A stretch of 57,867 bases of DNA from an uncultured Nitrospirota bacterium (GTDB lineage Bacteria > CG2-30-53-67): the NCBI GenBank assembly GCA_945786985.1, contig CALZGC010000103.1:1-57867 (forward strand). Reading direction: 5' to 3'. The position numbers were made by a program, and so were the translations under genes. Numbering within the stretch: position 1 is the first letter of the stretch; each line of letters starts with the position of its first letter. This document shows positions 1 through 9,154 of this stretch, one piece after another. A model generated the notes under the pieces. It was not told where the DNA came from. It did no database searches and saw only the letters and a program-made list of their open reading frames with translations.

Positions 1-34
1 CTCTCATGACGATCACTCATGCAATATCCGGGCT
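1..34. mobile_element. MITE-like repeat, copy A (right end only, cut by window edge)
   Basis: CTCTCATGACGATCACTCATGCAATATCCGGGCT matches the right ends at 8074-8107 and 36774-36807; terminal inverted repeat (TIR) at 16-34. Confidence 0.8.
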
Positions 35-78
35 AGCCCGATAGATGCCCCCTGGAGAGTGTGCTGCGGAGAGTGGCA

Positions 79-1098
79 ATGACGACGCTTATTTCGGACA
101 TGCGCGAAGGTCAGAAGGTCAACGATATCTATCTGCTGAGAAACAGGACACTTGCCACCACCCGTGCCGGCAAGCCGTTCCTCACGCTGAAGCTCGGCGA
201 TCGCTCCGGAGAGATAGAAGGGAAGGTCTGGGATGGGGCCGAGGCCGTGGCCCGGGCGTGCGCCCGGGGCGATTTTGTCCGGGTGACTGGGCAGGTGACG
301 GAGTACAACGGCAAGTTGCAGCTCACCCTGAAGTCCGTCAACACCGTAGACGAAGGGCAGATCAACCCGGAGGACTTCCTGCCTGCCGCCAAGCGCCCGT
401 CCGCGGAGATGATGGCCGAGCTGATGGCTGCTATCCGGACCGTTGCGGATCCGCACCTGCGAAAGCTCCTGGAGTCGATGTTCAAGAGCCCCGATCTGCA
501 GTCCAAGTTTCAGAGGGCGCCTGCAGCGAAAGGAATGCATCATGCTTATCTGGGAGGGCTTCTCGAGCACACCCTGTCGCTCTTCCACCTATGCGAATGC
601 GTGGCCCCCCACTTCCCTGAGATCGATCGTGATCTTCTGCGGGCGGGCGCCTTGCTTCACGATGTGGGCAAAGTGGATGAGCTGAGCTATTCCCGGACCA
701 TTGACTACACGGACAGCGGTCGTCTCATGGGTCATATTGTGCTGGAGGTGGAACGGGTGTCCGAGGCGATCCGGGCTATCCGCGAGTTCCCCGAAGAGAA
801 AGCCGTTCTGCTCAAACACCTGCTGGTCTCCCACCACGGCCGCGAAGAGTTCGGCTCCCCGGTGAAACCCATGACGCTGGAGGCGCTGATTCTGCATGCT
901 CTGGATAACCTGGATGCCAAAGTGCAGGCCTTCCGGGGCCTCATGGAGGGAGAGCCGTCTTCCTACGGGTGGAGTGCATATCACTCGGTCCTGGGACAGT
1001 ATGTCTTCAAGGGATTCGCCGCGCGGTCGGAGCCGGAAGAGGTGGAAGAAACCTCCCCGCCTGAGGATGACAGTAAGGACACTCCCTCGCTCTTCTGA
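79..1098 (+). CDS. yhaM: 3'-5' exoribonuclease YhaM family (OB fold + HD domain)
   Basis: OB fold (KPFLTLKLGDRSGEIEGKVW), PAAKGMHHAYLGGLLEH, LLHDVGK, SHHG..EFGSP, DNLDAK; ATG at 79 after GGAG (GTG at 61 is the alternative). Confidence 0.9.
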   Translation: MTTLISDMREGQKVNDIYLLRNRTLATTRAGKPFLTLKLGDRSGEIEGKVWDGAEAVARACARGDFVRVTGQVTEYNGKLQLTLKSVNTVDEGQINPEDFLPAAKRPSAEMMAELMAAIRTVADPHLRKLLESMFKSPDLQSKFQRAPAAKGMHHAYLGGLLEHTLSLFHLCECVAPHFPEIDRDLLRAGALLHDVGKVDELSYSRTIDYTDSGRLMGHIVLEVERVSEAIRAIREFPEEKAVLLKHLLVSHHGREEFGSPVKPMTLEALILHALDNLDAKVQAFRGLMEGEPSSYGWSAYHSVLGQYVFKGFAARSEPEEVEETSPPEDDSKDTPSLF

Positions 1099-1149
1099 CC
1101 CTTGGCCGGAGGGCAGTGTGCCTCCTCGCCGATACCCATAGGATACATC

Positions 1150-4086
1150 ATGGCCGACAGGACCCGCCAGGAAACGGAGGGGCGCCTTCGTGCCCGGCTT
1201 CAACGGGCGGACTTCCTGGGCAATCATTACAAGAAAAACCTGCGGAACATCGAGGAGTACCTCCCGCAGCTGCTGCATCGGCTCGATGCAAGCGGAGAGC
1301 TCTCGCTGATCAACTTTGACGCTGTCTCGCCCTTCTGCTTCGAAGAGATGGATTTGATTCGGCATCTTGCGCAGGATCAGGCCGAAGCCTTCGACCTGCT
1401 CGGCTGTTATTACTCCCTCCTGCTGGTGACCATGAATCTGAACCTCATGGACACCCTGGAGGCGGATATCGAGCGCCATCCCAGCCACACCGCTGCCTAT
1501 CGGGCCATGCTCCTGGAATCGGAAGCGCGATTCACCCGGCTCTGCTCCTCCCTGATCCGGATCTTTCTCGAAATGTTGGCGGAGACCGAACCGAACCTCC
1601 CGGAGTTTGTGATCTGCCACGTCGGGGCGCGGCGGGACCAGGACGATATCGACGTGGGAATTCTTCACCGGGAAGGGGGAGATCTCAAGGCACTCAGCCG
1701 GGTCATTGGCCGCCTGAACCGGGAAATGTATCGTCGGGCCACCCCGATGGATTTCTATCTGTCCGAGCACTCCGGGGGCAAGTGGTTCTCCGCCTCCATC
1801 GAAGACTACGAGAAGTTGATGGATGTGGACATCAAGAATTTTGTGATCATCTCCCAGCTCTTCGGCTCCGTCCCGATCACGGGAAGTATCTCCCTCTTTG
1901 AGGCCTTCCAGGAGCGGGTGGTCATGCGCTATGCCTATCGTCTGGGAAAGGACAATCGGTATTACACGGGATTCGTGCGCGGCGTGGTGGAGGAGATCCG
2001 GGCTCTCATCGCCCACCGCCCTCAGCCCGGGGAGATCGTTCCCAAGGCGGACGGGCTGCGCATGGCGAAGATGATCGTGTCAGCGCTGCGGGCGACGCTG
2101 GGGATCATCGGGGGGCATTTCTGGAAGGCCTTTGACGCTGTGGTCCAGACGGACAAGCGATTCCCCGGGGAGTACCACTTCTTGCAGGATGCCATTGCCT
2201 TCATGGAATCGACCCGATTTCTCTATCAGCTAACGCTCGTTCAGGAGGAGGGCGTCCGGTATACGGACCCCTATTGCCGGCCGGCGCTGGAACGCGTGGC
2301 CTATCTGATGGGCTACGGGCGTGGTGTGGGAGGCCGGGGTACGACCGAATTTCTGCGGGACTACTACCATTATGCCCGCCGCCTCAAGGAAGTGGCGACG
2401 GTCTTCAAGGAGGAACTCAAGAAATACGTCGATTTCATCCGGGTCTTCAAGCGGCGAATGGACCGGGATGCCGTGGAGGCCGAGTGGGGGTTGCCTGGTC
2501 AATCGGCGGCCGATGTCATCGAAATTGTCGAGCGCTCAACACCCGCTGTGCCCTGGACCGAGTTTGTCGGCTTTCTGGAAGAGGAAGACGTTTACTGCCG
2601 GCTCCTTTTTGAGGCGATGGACCGGCTTCATGAAACCCCGAGACCCGAGGTACTCCGTCGCTACTTCCGTTCCATGGGCGGCGATGTGGAGAGCCTGGTC
2701 CGCTTCCTCCTTCTTTTCCTCCAAGGTCCCTGGCGGGGGGATATGGCCCAACTCGAAACTTGCTGGACGGCGATCTTCATTGAGCACTTCGCGCGCACTC
2801 CCTCTCAGGTCGAAAAACTGACCCAGCTTTTTTCCGTGGACGAAACCCTGTGCCGGAGATTCTTCAAATCCATAACGGCGTCCTTTGCCGTGGATCTCAT
2901 TCTGACAGTCCTCAAAAGCGGACGAACTTTCGGCGACCAACTCATCGGACAGGTCCTGGTCTATGTGTTTCTTTACCATTACCGGAATCCCCTTTTGAAG
3001 CGCAAGATCGGCCGACTCATTTCCCGCGGCCTGATACACGATGCGGAGGCCGCCGACGTGGTGCGGCTGGGAGTGCTCTCCAAACGGTCCCTCACAAGTC
3101 TCTACGGCTATCGGGACATCCAGGTGCGCTATCAGAAGCTGGCGGACTACCATGACCTGGAGTCGCTCCGTTTCTTCCTGAGGGGGATCCGCGAAGGGAG
3201 TTTTCCCCGAGCGGACTACCTGGACCGCTATGTGCGGCGGTTGGTGCGCTTCGCTCTACAGGAAGCCGGCCTGCACGAGGTTCTCTGGGACCGACAGGGT
3301 GTGGCTCTTTACGCTGCGGGCGGGAATGCCCGCGGGGAGGCCTGCAAGAACGATTACGACATGTTCGTGATCTTCGATCCCGAGCGTATCGACGCCGCAC
3401 GACTGAGCCGGGCAGTCTGCCGGATCCACAGCGAGCTGGCACGCCTCGGCACCATGCCCCATCATCAGATCGGTGGCCAGCTAGCGGGATTCGCTTTTTC
3501 GCTGGATGGCTTGTGCCGCTATCTGGATGAAAGGACGCCCGTTGATTTTGTCGAGCGGTGTCAGCTCCTCGGGGCGCGCCTGGTCTTCGGCGGCTCCGAG
3601 CTCCATGCACGGTTTGAGACGGAAATCATCCGGCAGAGGATCTTTGCGGGAAAAGAGACATTGATGGCGGACATCATCCGCGAGTATCGCGACATCGCTG
3701 CCTGCCGCACAGAGACATCGGAGGTGAGACTGAAGCAAGGGCCGGGCGGTCTGTTTGACATGACGCTCCTGCTCAGTCTGTTGCGGGCCGCCTGGGAGAT
3801 CTACGAGCCGGGAGACGCCCGGGCGCTTCAGATTCTCGGACGCAAGAATCCTGCGCGGGTCCCGGAGTTCAAAGCGCTTCACTGGGCCCGCAAATACCTC
3901 ACCGATGTCAGCGGCATTCTCAAGCTGACAGTCAATGCGGAGAGCATCAGCGACGCCGTGGACTTGCGTTACGCGGTCATTCTTTTGGGCTTGGAAAGCC
4001 CCCGCCTGCTGCGGGAGTCTGTGCTGTTTCAGATGAAGCGGGTCAGCGGGATCGCCGAGCGTCTGATACGGGATCTCGAAAGATGA
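1150..4086 (+). CDS. Divergent GlnE/GlnD-like protein with two tandem nucleotidyltransferase modules
   Basis: Module 1 VICHVGARRDQDDIDVGIL...PKADGLR...LERVAYLMGY...FLRDYYHYARR; module 2 ALYAAGGNARGEACKNDYDMFVIF...LKQGPGGLFDM; length similar to GlnE; start could be TTG 1102. Confidence 0.65.
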   Translation: MADRTRQETEGRLRARLQRADFLGNHYKKNLRNIEEYLPQLLHRLDASGELSLINFDAVSPFCFEEMDLIRHLAQDQAEAFDLLGCYYSLLLVTMNLNLMDTLEADIERHPSHTAAYRAMLLESEARFTRLCSSLIRIFLEMLAETEPNLPEFVICHVGARRDQDDIDVGILHREGGDLKALSRVIGRLNREMYRRATPMDFYLSEHSGGKWFSASIEDYEKLMDVDIKNFVIISQLFGSVPITGSISLFEAFQERVVMRYAYRLGKDNRYYTGFVRGVVEEIRALIAHRPQPGEIVPKADGLRMAKMIVSALRATLGIIGGHFWKAFDAVVQTDKRFPGEYHFLQDAIAFMESTRFLYQLTLVQEEGVRYTDPYCRPALERVAYLMGYGRGVGGRGTTEFLRDYYHYARRLKEVATVFKEELKKYVDFIRVFKRRMDRDAVEAEWGLPGQSAADVIEIVERSTPAVPWTEFVGFLEEEDVYCRLLFEAMDRLHETPRPEVLRRYFRSMGGDVESLVRFLLLFLQGPWRGDMAQLETCWTAIFIEHFARTPSQVEKLTQLFSVDETLCRRFFKSITASFAVDLILTVLKSGRTFGDQLIGQVLVYVFLYHYRNPLLKRKIGRLISRGLIHDAEAADVVRLGVLSKRSLTSLYGYRDIQVRYQKLADYHDLESLRFFLRGIREGSFPRADYLDRYVRRLVRFALQEAGLHEVLWDRQGVALYAAGGNARGEACKNDYDMFVIFDPERIDAARLSRAVCRIHSELARLGTMPHHQIGGQLAGFAFSLDGLCRYLDERTPVDFVERCQLLGARLVFGGSELHARFETEIIRQRIFAGKETLMADIIREYRDIAACRTETSEVRLKQGPGGLFDMTLLLSLLRAAWEIYEPGDARALQILGRKNPARVPEFKALHWARKYLTDVSGILKLTVNAESISDAVDLRYAVILLGLESPRLLRESVLFQMKRVSGIAERLIRDLER

Positions 4087-4099
4087 CGTCCGGGCTAAA

Positions 4100-5230
4100 C
4101 TAACACACATTTTCCTTTTTCAGACTTTCCATGATCCCCTTCAGGCGGGAGGTGACGAAGGCTTCTTCCGTGGTGCCCAGGGATTCCCGGATGGCAGCCA
4201 GTTCCGCGGCCAGCAGGCCTTTGAGACTGGCCAGTAGCTCCTGCTTACGGGTTTGCTCCCCGATGAGCTCGAAATTCTCCCGGAGCGCTTCGAGAGCCAG
4301 GGTGCCGTCGGGGAGGAGAAAGATCCCTTTGAACAGCACCGGGTGATCCTCTTTGATCTCTTCCAGATAGTGTGACAGATTCCGGTCCCCCAGTTTGCCC
4401 ACCTTGTCGGTCAGATAGCGGTAAGCGTAGGCAAAGAGAAGATTGTAGCAGCGGCTGGTCCTCTCGAAGAAATCCCAGGTCCGCTTCTCCTCGAGCAGGG
4501 CGATCTCGGTATCCTGCATCCGCCGGATCAAATTGGCACACAGGAGGGCCATCAGCGTGCGGCAGGTCTCGAAATCGTTGCCGCCCACCCGGGAGCAGAT
4601 CGCCGCGACCGAGTTGAGACCGTTGATGTGCGCAAGCACCGTCTTCTCCGGGTCGGTCAGCTCGATTTCGACCAGCTTCTTCTCCGACCCTGCGGCCATC
4701 TCGAAAACGGTGTCGATGCCCGAGAGGGTCTGCAGGATACGTTTCCAATCGCTCATCCGTTCCACGCCCCGGAGGATCAGCTCGGGGGTGTTGATGTCCA
4801 GGGTAATGACCTCTTTCAGCAGGTTCTCTTGCTCGTGGAAGGTGTAGTGCCCCTCCGGTTCGTCGAAGAGGTTGTACACGATGGTGCGAACCTGGTTCAT
4901 GACCCCCTCTTTGATCTCGTCTGTGCTCAGCGCCCCCATCTCAATGAGGATCTGACCGAGCCTCATCTTTTCGCTGACCTTTCCGGCGGCCTCGATGAAA
5001 TCGGGGGCCTTTATTCTCCCCTCTCGAAAGAGGATATCGCCGAGGCGATCGGTCCGGCTGTTGGACGAGGCAAAGACGATCCGGCCGCGATGGAGATAGA
5101 CCTTCTTTTCCCGTGAGAAGAAGGTCCATTCAAAGACACCGGTGGACCGGGAAACGGAGAGGGCGTGAAATATTTCCGGCACAGATGTGTCCGATAGATC
5201 GCCCGTCAGGTTGATGGCTTGGCCTGCCAT
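4100..5230 (-). CDS. DUF4388 domain protein
   Basis: LTGDLSDTSVPEIFHAL..SRSTG...VYLHRGRIVFASSN..DRLGDIL...RLGQILIEMG...LFDEPEGHYTFHE. Confidence 0.8.
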   Translation of the reverse strand: MAGQAINLTGDLSDTSVPEIFHALSVSRSTGVFEWTFFSREKKVYLHRGRIVFASSNSRTDRLGDILFREGRIKAPDFIEAAGKVSEKMRLGQILIEMGALSTDEIKEGVMNQVRTIVYNLFDEPEGHYTFHEQENLLKEVITLDINTPELILRGVERMSDWKRILQTLSGIDTVFEMAAGSEKKLVEIELTDPEKTVLAHINGLNSVAAICSRVGGNDFETCRTLMALLCANLIRRMQDTEIALLEEKRTWDFFERTSRCYNLLFAYAYRYLTDKVGKLGDRNLSHYLEEIKEDHPVLFKGIFLLPDGTLALEALRENFELIGEQTRKQELLASLKGLLAAELAAIRESLGTTEEAFVTSRLKGIMESLKKENVC

Positions 5231-5411
5231 GGGTATCGAGTTCTTCAGAGGTTGGTTATTTCGGAAACCGGCGGTGGCGGCCGGGTCAGGATGCATCGAA
5301 CAGTTTAAATCTATCATAGAACGGCGCCGCTGACAACAGAGCTCTCATCTGCCCGATCGCCGCAACGCTTCCGGAGAAATGGGCGTGGTGCCTCGGGAGC
5401 GCCGTCACTTC

Positions 5412-7124
5412 TCAGGGAGCCGGCGGGTCGCCGCCGGGGTTTCCCGTGTATCGCGCAAAGACGTGGTACAGCTCACGGGCGTTCTTGACGTCACGGAAGG
5501 GGAACCGAACCCCGCTGGGGTAGAGAATAAAGGGGGTGTTCTGCATGCCGCCGATACCGCCATGTCCGCCCATCTGTTCCTCGAAGTTAATGACCCGGGA
5601 GTCGCTGTAGGCACCGTAGAGGACCAGATCCCCCGCCTCGGGCATGGCCATTTGTGTGAGGATTTCCTGCTCGATATACTCGGCGTCCTCGAAGGGCTTC
5701 AGGGGGTCCTCGCCGTCGACCGTCTTGGCACCATTTCGGTAAAACACCCGGCCCTGCCTGGAGAGAATCAGCGGCTCTCCGTTGGAGCTGCAGACGATAA
5801 GTCCGATCCCTTCGTGCCGGACCAGGGCACCGACCAGTCCCGGATAGACCCGTTCGATCTCTTCCAGGTCGACCCGGTCCGGGGAGAAGTTGAAATAGAT
5901 ATTGGACATGGGGCTGGAGTTCAAGATGGAGATGCTCTCCTTGGAGGTTTTACGTTCCTCCTGACCGATATTGCGTTCGATGTAGCGGGCGAGGTTTTTG
6001 AACATCCGCCTCATGAAGAAGAGATTCTGGTCTGCAAAGCCTTGCAGCGTTGAGCTCAGGGCCAACATGAGGTAGTCCTTGACGTGTTCGCCCCCGCCGT
6101 ACTGGGTGATGCGCCCCTCTTCCACCTTGGAATAGATGAAGTTCTCCAACGATTCGCCGTACTGATACCGAAACGGAATAGAGGGATGCTGCCCGTGGTC
6201 GGAGAGAACGAATACATCGTAACGCATCCCCCGCTTCTTCTTCAGGGTCCGGTTGACGACTTTCCGGATCCCCTTGTCGATCACCCGCAGCGCTTTGAGG
6301 GCATACTTGGTCTCCGGTCCCCGCTGGTGAGCGGCTTCGTCGTAGCCGTTGTAGGTCAGGTAGATGGCGCGCTTTCCCCGGTTGATATCGATCAGGGCGC
6401 CCATGGTGGCCACTTCAAAAAAGAGTACGTTGGAGAAGATCCGAACGATCGGAAAGAACCCCTCGCTTTTCTGCGTCCGGCCCTTGAGGCGTATCTCCAG
6501 GTATTCGAAAAGCTCCCGGCTCAGCTCCAGCACCGAGGATGCGAGGGTGCGCAGCAGGGGGACGATGTTGAGAAAGATGAGCAGAAAAATGGCCAGGCCG
6601 GAGAGCCGTTTCTGCATGTCCTGTGTCAAAAAGGTGCTGAGCGTAAAGACCGATCGTGTCGCACCGCCGGAGATAAGATTCACATAACTGCTTCCCCCGT
6701 GCAGGATGCCCTGTCTGTCTTTGGAGATCCTTTTTTCCATCATTCGGGCCGACAGGGGGTTCTTGAAGGAAATGAGGGTATCGTCCTTTTTTCGCAACCA
6801 GCGGAACGCGGGGATCTCGCCGTTCTCTCCGTACATGATGCCGCTTTGCGTGGCCGGGGTATTGCCCGGAATGCCGCAGCGGTATCGGCTGACGTTGAAG
6901 TGCCCCGATGCCAGCAGACTCTGGAGATAGGGCATATGGCCTTCGGAAACGGCCTTCATCAGGATCTGATGGGGCAGGCCGTCGATCTGCATAATAATAA
7001 AGCCATCTCCCCGTGCTCCCTCTTTCCACTCCTTGGTCTTTTCCCGGAGCGACGAACGGAGGACGCGAAGCGTGCTTTGTTTTTCAAGGACGGGCGATGC
7101 ACCCGCCGGGACGGTTTGGTTCAT
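5412..7124 (-). CDS. Alkaline phosphatase superfamily (type I phosphodiesterase/nucleotide pyrophosphatase-like) protein with a central hydrophobic segment
   Basis: QIDGL, NTPATQSGIMYG, GYDEAAHQRGP, LSDHG, GGHGG metal-binding motifs. Confidence 0.8.
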   Translation of the reverse strand: MNQTVPAGASPVLEKQSTLRVLRSSLREKTKEWKEGARGDGFIIMQIDGLPHQILMKAVSEGHMPYLQSLLASGHFNVSRYRCGIPGNTPATQSGIMYGENGEIPAFRWLRKKDDTLISFKNPLSARMMEKRISKDRQGILHGGSSYVNLISGGATRSVFTLSTFLTQDMQKRLSGLAIFLLIFLNIVPLLRTLASSVLELSRELFEYLEIRLKGRTQKSEGFFPIVRIFSNVLFFEVATMGALIDINRGKRAIYLTYNGYDEAAHQRGPETKYALKALRVIDKGIRKVVNRTLKKKRGMRYDVFVLSDHGQHPSIPFRYQYGESLENFIYSKVEEGRITQYGGGEHVKDYLMLALSSTLQGFADQNLFFMRRMFKNLARYIERNIGQEERKTSKESISILNSSPMSNIYFNFSPDRVDLEEIERVYPGLVGALVRHEGIGLIVCSSNGEPLILSRQGRVFYRNGAKTVDGEDPLKPFEDAEYIEQEILTQMAMPEAGDLVLYGAYSDSRVINFEEQMGGHGGIGGMQNTPFILYPSGVRFPFRDVKNARELYHVFARYTGNPGGDPPAP

Positions 7125-7127
7125 GGC

Positions 7128-7901
7128 TCAGGCCGGGTCGTTGAGTTCGAGGACCTGGCCGTCGTAGGCCAGGGCCATGCCCGACGGCAGGTTCCGGTTA
7201 ACGTCATCGTGATCAAGTTGGTGGGCCATGTGGGTGAAGAGGGTCTGCTTTGGCCGGAGCTTCCGGGCTGCCGCCATGGCCTGATCGAGGGAGAAATGGG
7301 TCGGGTGCGGACGATCGCGCAGGGCGTCGAGCACCAGCACGTCGAGCCCCTGCAGGAGCGTTTCGCTTTCGGGGGGGATACTGTTGCAGTCGCCCAGATA
7401 GGCGAACCCGCCGATGCGGTACCCCAGGATGGTCTGCTTGCCGTGTCCGATGGGCACGGGCACGATTTCTCGCTCGAAGAGCCGAAAGGGCTCGCGGGTG
7501 ACATGGGTGGCGATCCGGGGGGCAAAGCTTTCACGCTCTTCCTCGGGGACGAATATGTAGGGAAATTGCCGGTGAATAGTGGCAATGGTCTCCTCGTTTC
7601 CGTAACAGGGTACCGGGGCTGCGTTGTGATAGCTGAAGATCCTGATTTCATCGATGCCGTGCACATGATCGGCATGGGCGTGGGTAAAAAGAACGGCGTC
7701 CACCCGCCCCACCCGGTACCTCAAAGCCTGCTCACGGAGATCCGTGGCGGTGTCGACGAGAATATTGCGACCGTCCAGTGTGACCAGAATGGAGGAGCGA
7801 AGCCGCTTGTTTTTCGGGTTGGACGAGCGGCACACCGGGCAGTCGCAGAGAATGGACGGCACCCCCGATGACGTTCCGGTTCCAAGAAAGAGGACCCTCA
7901 T
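7128..7901 (-). CDS. MBL-fold metallo-hydrolase, PhnP-like phosphodiesterase
   Basis: FLGTGTSSGVP..CDCPVC, THAHADHVHGIDE, HPTH, THMAH, AYDG. Confidence 0.9.
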   Translation of the reverse strand: MRVLFLGTGTSSGVPSILCDCPVCRSSNPKNKRLRSSILVTLDGRNILVDTATDLREQALRYRVGRVDAVLFTHAHADHVHGIDEIRIFSYHNAAPVPCYGNEETIATIHRQFPYIFVPEEERESFAPRIATHVTREPFRLFEREIVPVPIGHGKQTILGYRIGGFAYLGDCNSIPPESETLLQGLDVLVLDALRDRPHPTHFSLDQAMAAARKLRPKQTLFTHMAHQLDHDDVNRNLPSGMALAYDGQVLELNDPA

Positions 7902-7958
7902 GGCAGTTCTCCGGGATCGGCCCGCACCACCCCCAGGCGACTTGGCCGCGCTGGTCAC

Positions 7959-7988
7959 AATTTATCGCAAGGGGGGGCGGAAAGTCAA
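7959..7988 (-). promoter_or_regulatory. Putative sigma70 promoter for the MBL hydrolase operon
   Basis: Minus strand TTGACT-N18-TAAATT. Confidence 0.4.
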
Positions 7989-7994
7989 CGGCCC

Positions 7995-8107
7995 AGCCCG
8001 AATATTGCATGAGTCAGTCTATTACGAGGCCGAATAAGCGCCTTGCCTACGGCGCTTCTAATACCTCTGGGGCCTCTCATCACGATCACTCATGCAATAT
8101 TCGGACT
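7995..8107. mobile_element. MITE-like repeat, copy B (113 bp, complete)
   Basis: 19-bp TIRs AGCCCGAATATTGCATGAG / CTCATGCAATATTCGGACT (1 mismatch); intergenic; homologous to copies at 1, 36653 and 57573. Confidence 0.85.
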
Positions 8108-8118
8108 GGGGGTTGGCC

Positions 8119-8147
8119 TTGCAATGGCTGCGGGCTTCTTCTATAAT
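8119..8147 (+). promoter_or_regulatory. Sigma70 promoter for plsC
   Basis: TTGCAA-N17-TATAAT. Confidence 0.65.
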
Positions 8148-8168
8148 ACGGCCCGTCGGGAGGTGGCC

Positions 8169-8876
8169 ATGATACGGACTGCATGGGTTTGGTTGGTCGG
8201 CGTCTTTCTAACGCTGGTCGCGGGGAGTCTGCTGATCTTTCTTTCCTTTTTCGACCGGAGCGGAAAAAGCCTGCATTTCTTTGCAAGGCTCTGGGCGCGA
8301 GGCATTCTGGCCGCCGCGGGCGTCACGGTGCACGCCGCGGGTACCGAAAACGTCCTGGGTGACGGCTCGAAGATCCTGGTGTCGAATCACCAGGGATATT
8401 TTGATATCTTCGCGCTATTCGCCGAAGTCCCGCTGAGTTTTGGCTGGGTCGCCAAGAAGGAGCTCTACCGCATTCCCGTGTTCAGCCTTGCCATGAAGCG
8501 CTTCGGCAATGTCCTCATCGATCGATCCAATCGGGAAGAGGCACGGCGAAGCCTGGAGGCAGCGGCCGAACAGATCCGCCGGGGCCAGTCCATTCTCATC
8601 TTTGCGGAAGGAACCCGTTCACCCGACGGCAGCGTTCAGGCTTTCAAGAAGGGGTGCTATTATCTGGCCAAAGCCTCGGGTGCCCCCGTGGTCCCCATCA
8701 GCATCTCCGGAAGCTACCGTGTGATGCCCAAAGGAAGTTTTCGCCCGAAGCCCGGGACGATTCATCTGGTCATCGGGCGGCCCCTGCATTATGGGGAGGC
8801 GGCTGCGGGCGGCTCCAACGGCTTCCTTGGGCATCTTCGGCAGACGATCATCACCAACCAGGTTCCCGCGTCGTAA
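8169..8876 (+). CDS. plsC: 1-acyl-sn-glycerol-3-phosphate acyltransferase
   Basis: SNHQGYFD (HX4D), AKKEL, IDR, FAEGTRS motifs; RBS GGGAGG before ATG 8169. Confidence 0.9.
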   Translation: MIRTAWVWLVGVFLTLVAGSLLIFLSFFDRSGKSLHFFARLWARGILAAAGVTVHAAGTENVLGDGSKILVSNHQGYFDIFALFAEVPLSFGWVAKKELYRIPVFSLAMKRFGNVLIDRSNREEARRSLEAAAEQIRRGQSILIFAEGTRSPDGSVQAFKKGCYYLAKASGAPVVPISISGSYRVMPKGSFRPKPGTIHLVIGRPLHYGEAAAGGSNGFLGHLRQTIITNQVPAS

Positions 8877-8894
8877 CACACGGTGACCGGCCGG

Positions 8895-9146
8895 TCACGA
8901 TTTTGCTTTATCCCGGTAAGCCTGCAGACATTCCTTGCTGCAGAAATAGTGCGTCTCACCTCGAATCGTTTTGCGCAGTGCCCGGGTCTGGGGGATGAAG
9001 GTTTCGCAGTTGGGGTCCTGCACCATGGACTCAATCTGCTTCTCTGGATGGTTTCGGCCACCGAGCTTCGGCCGCGATGGGAAGAAAGTCTTCCAGAGCA
9101 GGTAGAACAGCACTCCCCAGAGAATGGCGATGACAAGGCGCCCCAC
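8895..9146 (-). CDS. Small membrane-anchored YHS/TRASH-like protein
   Basis: N-terminal TM; MVQDPNCETFIP...HYFCSKEC. Confidence 0.8.
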   Translation of the reverse strand: MGRLVIAILWGVLFYLLWKTFFPSRPKLGGRNHPEKQIESMVQDPNCETFIPQTRALRKTIRGETHYFCSKECLQAYRDKAKS

Positions 9147-9154
9147 GGCAACTC

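Noticed and set aside
29-40. Second element abutting copy A (palindrome CGGGCTAGCCCG)
   Set aside because: Match to the left TIR collapses after about 6-9 bases; insufficient support
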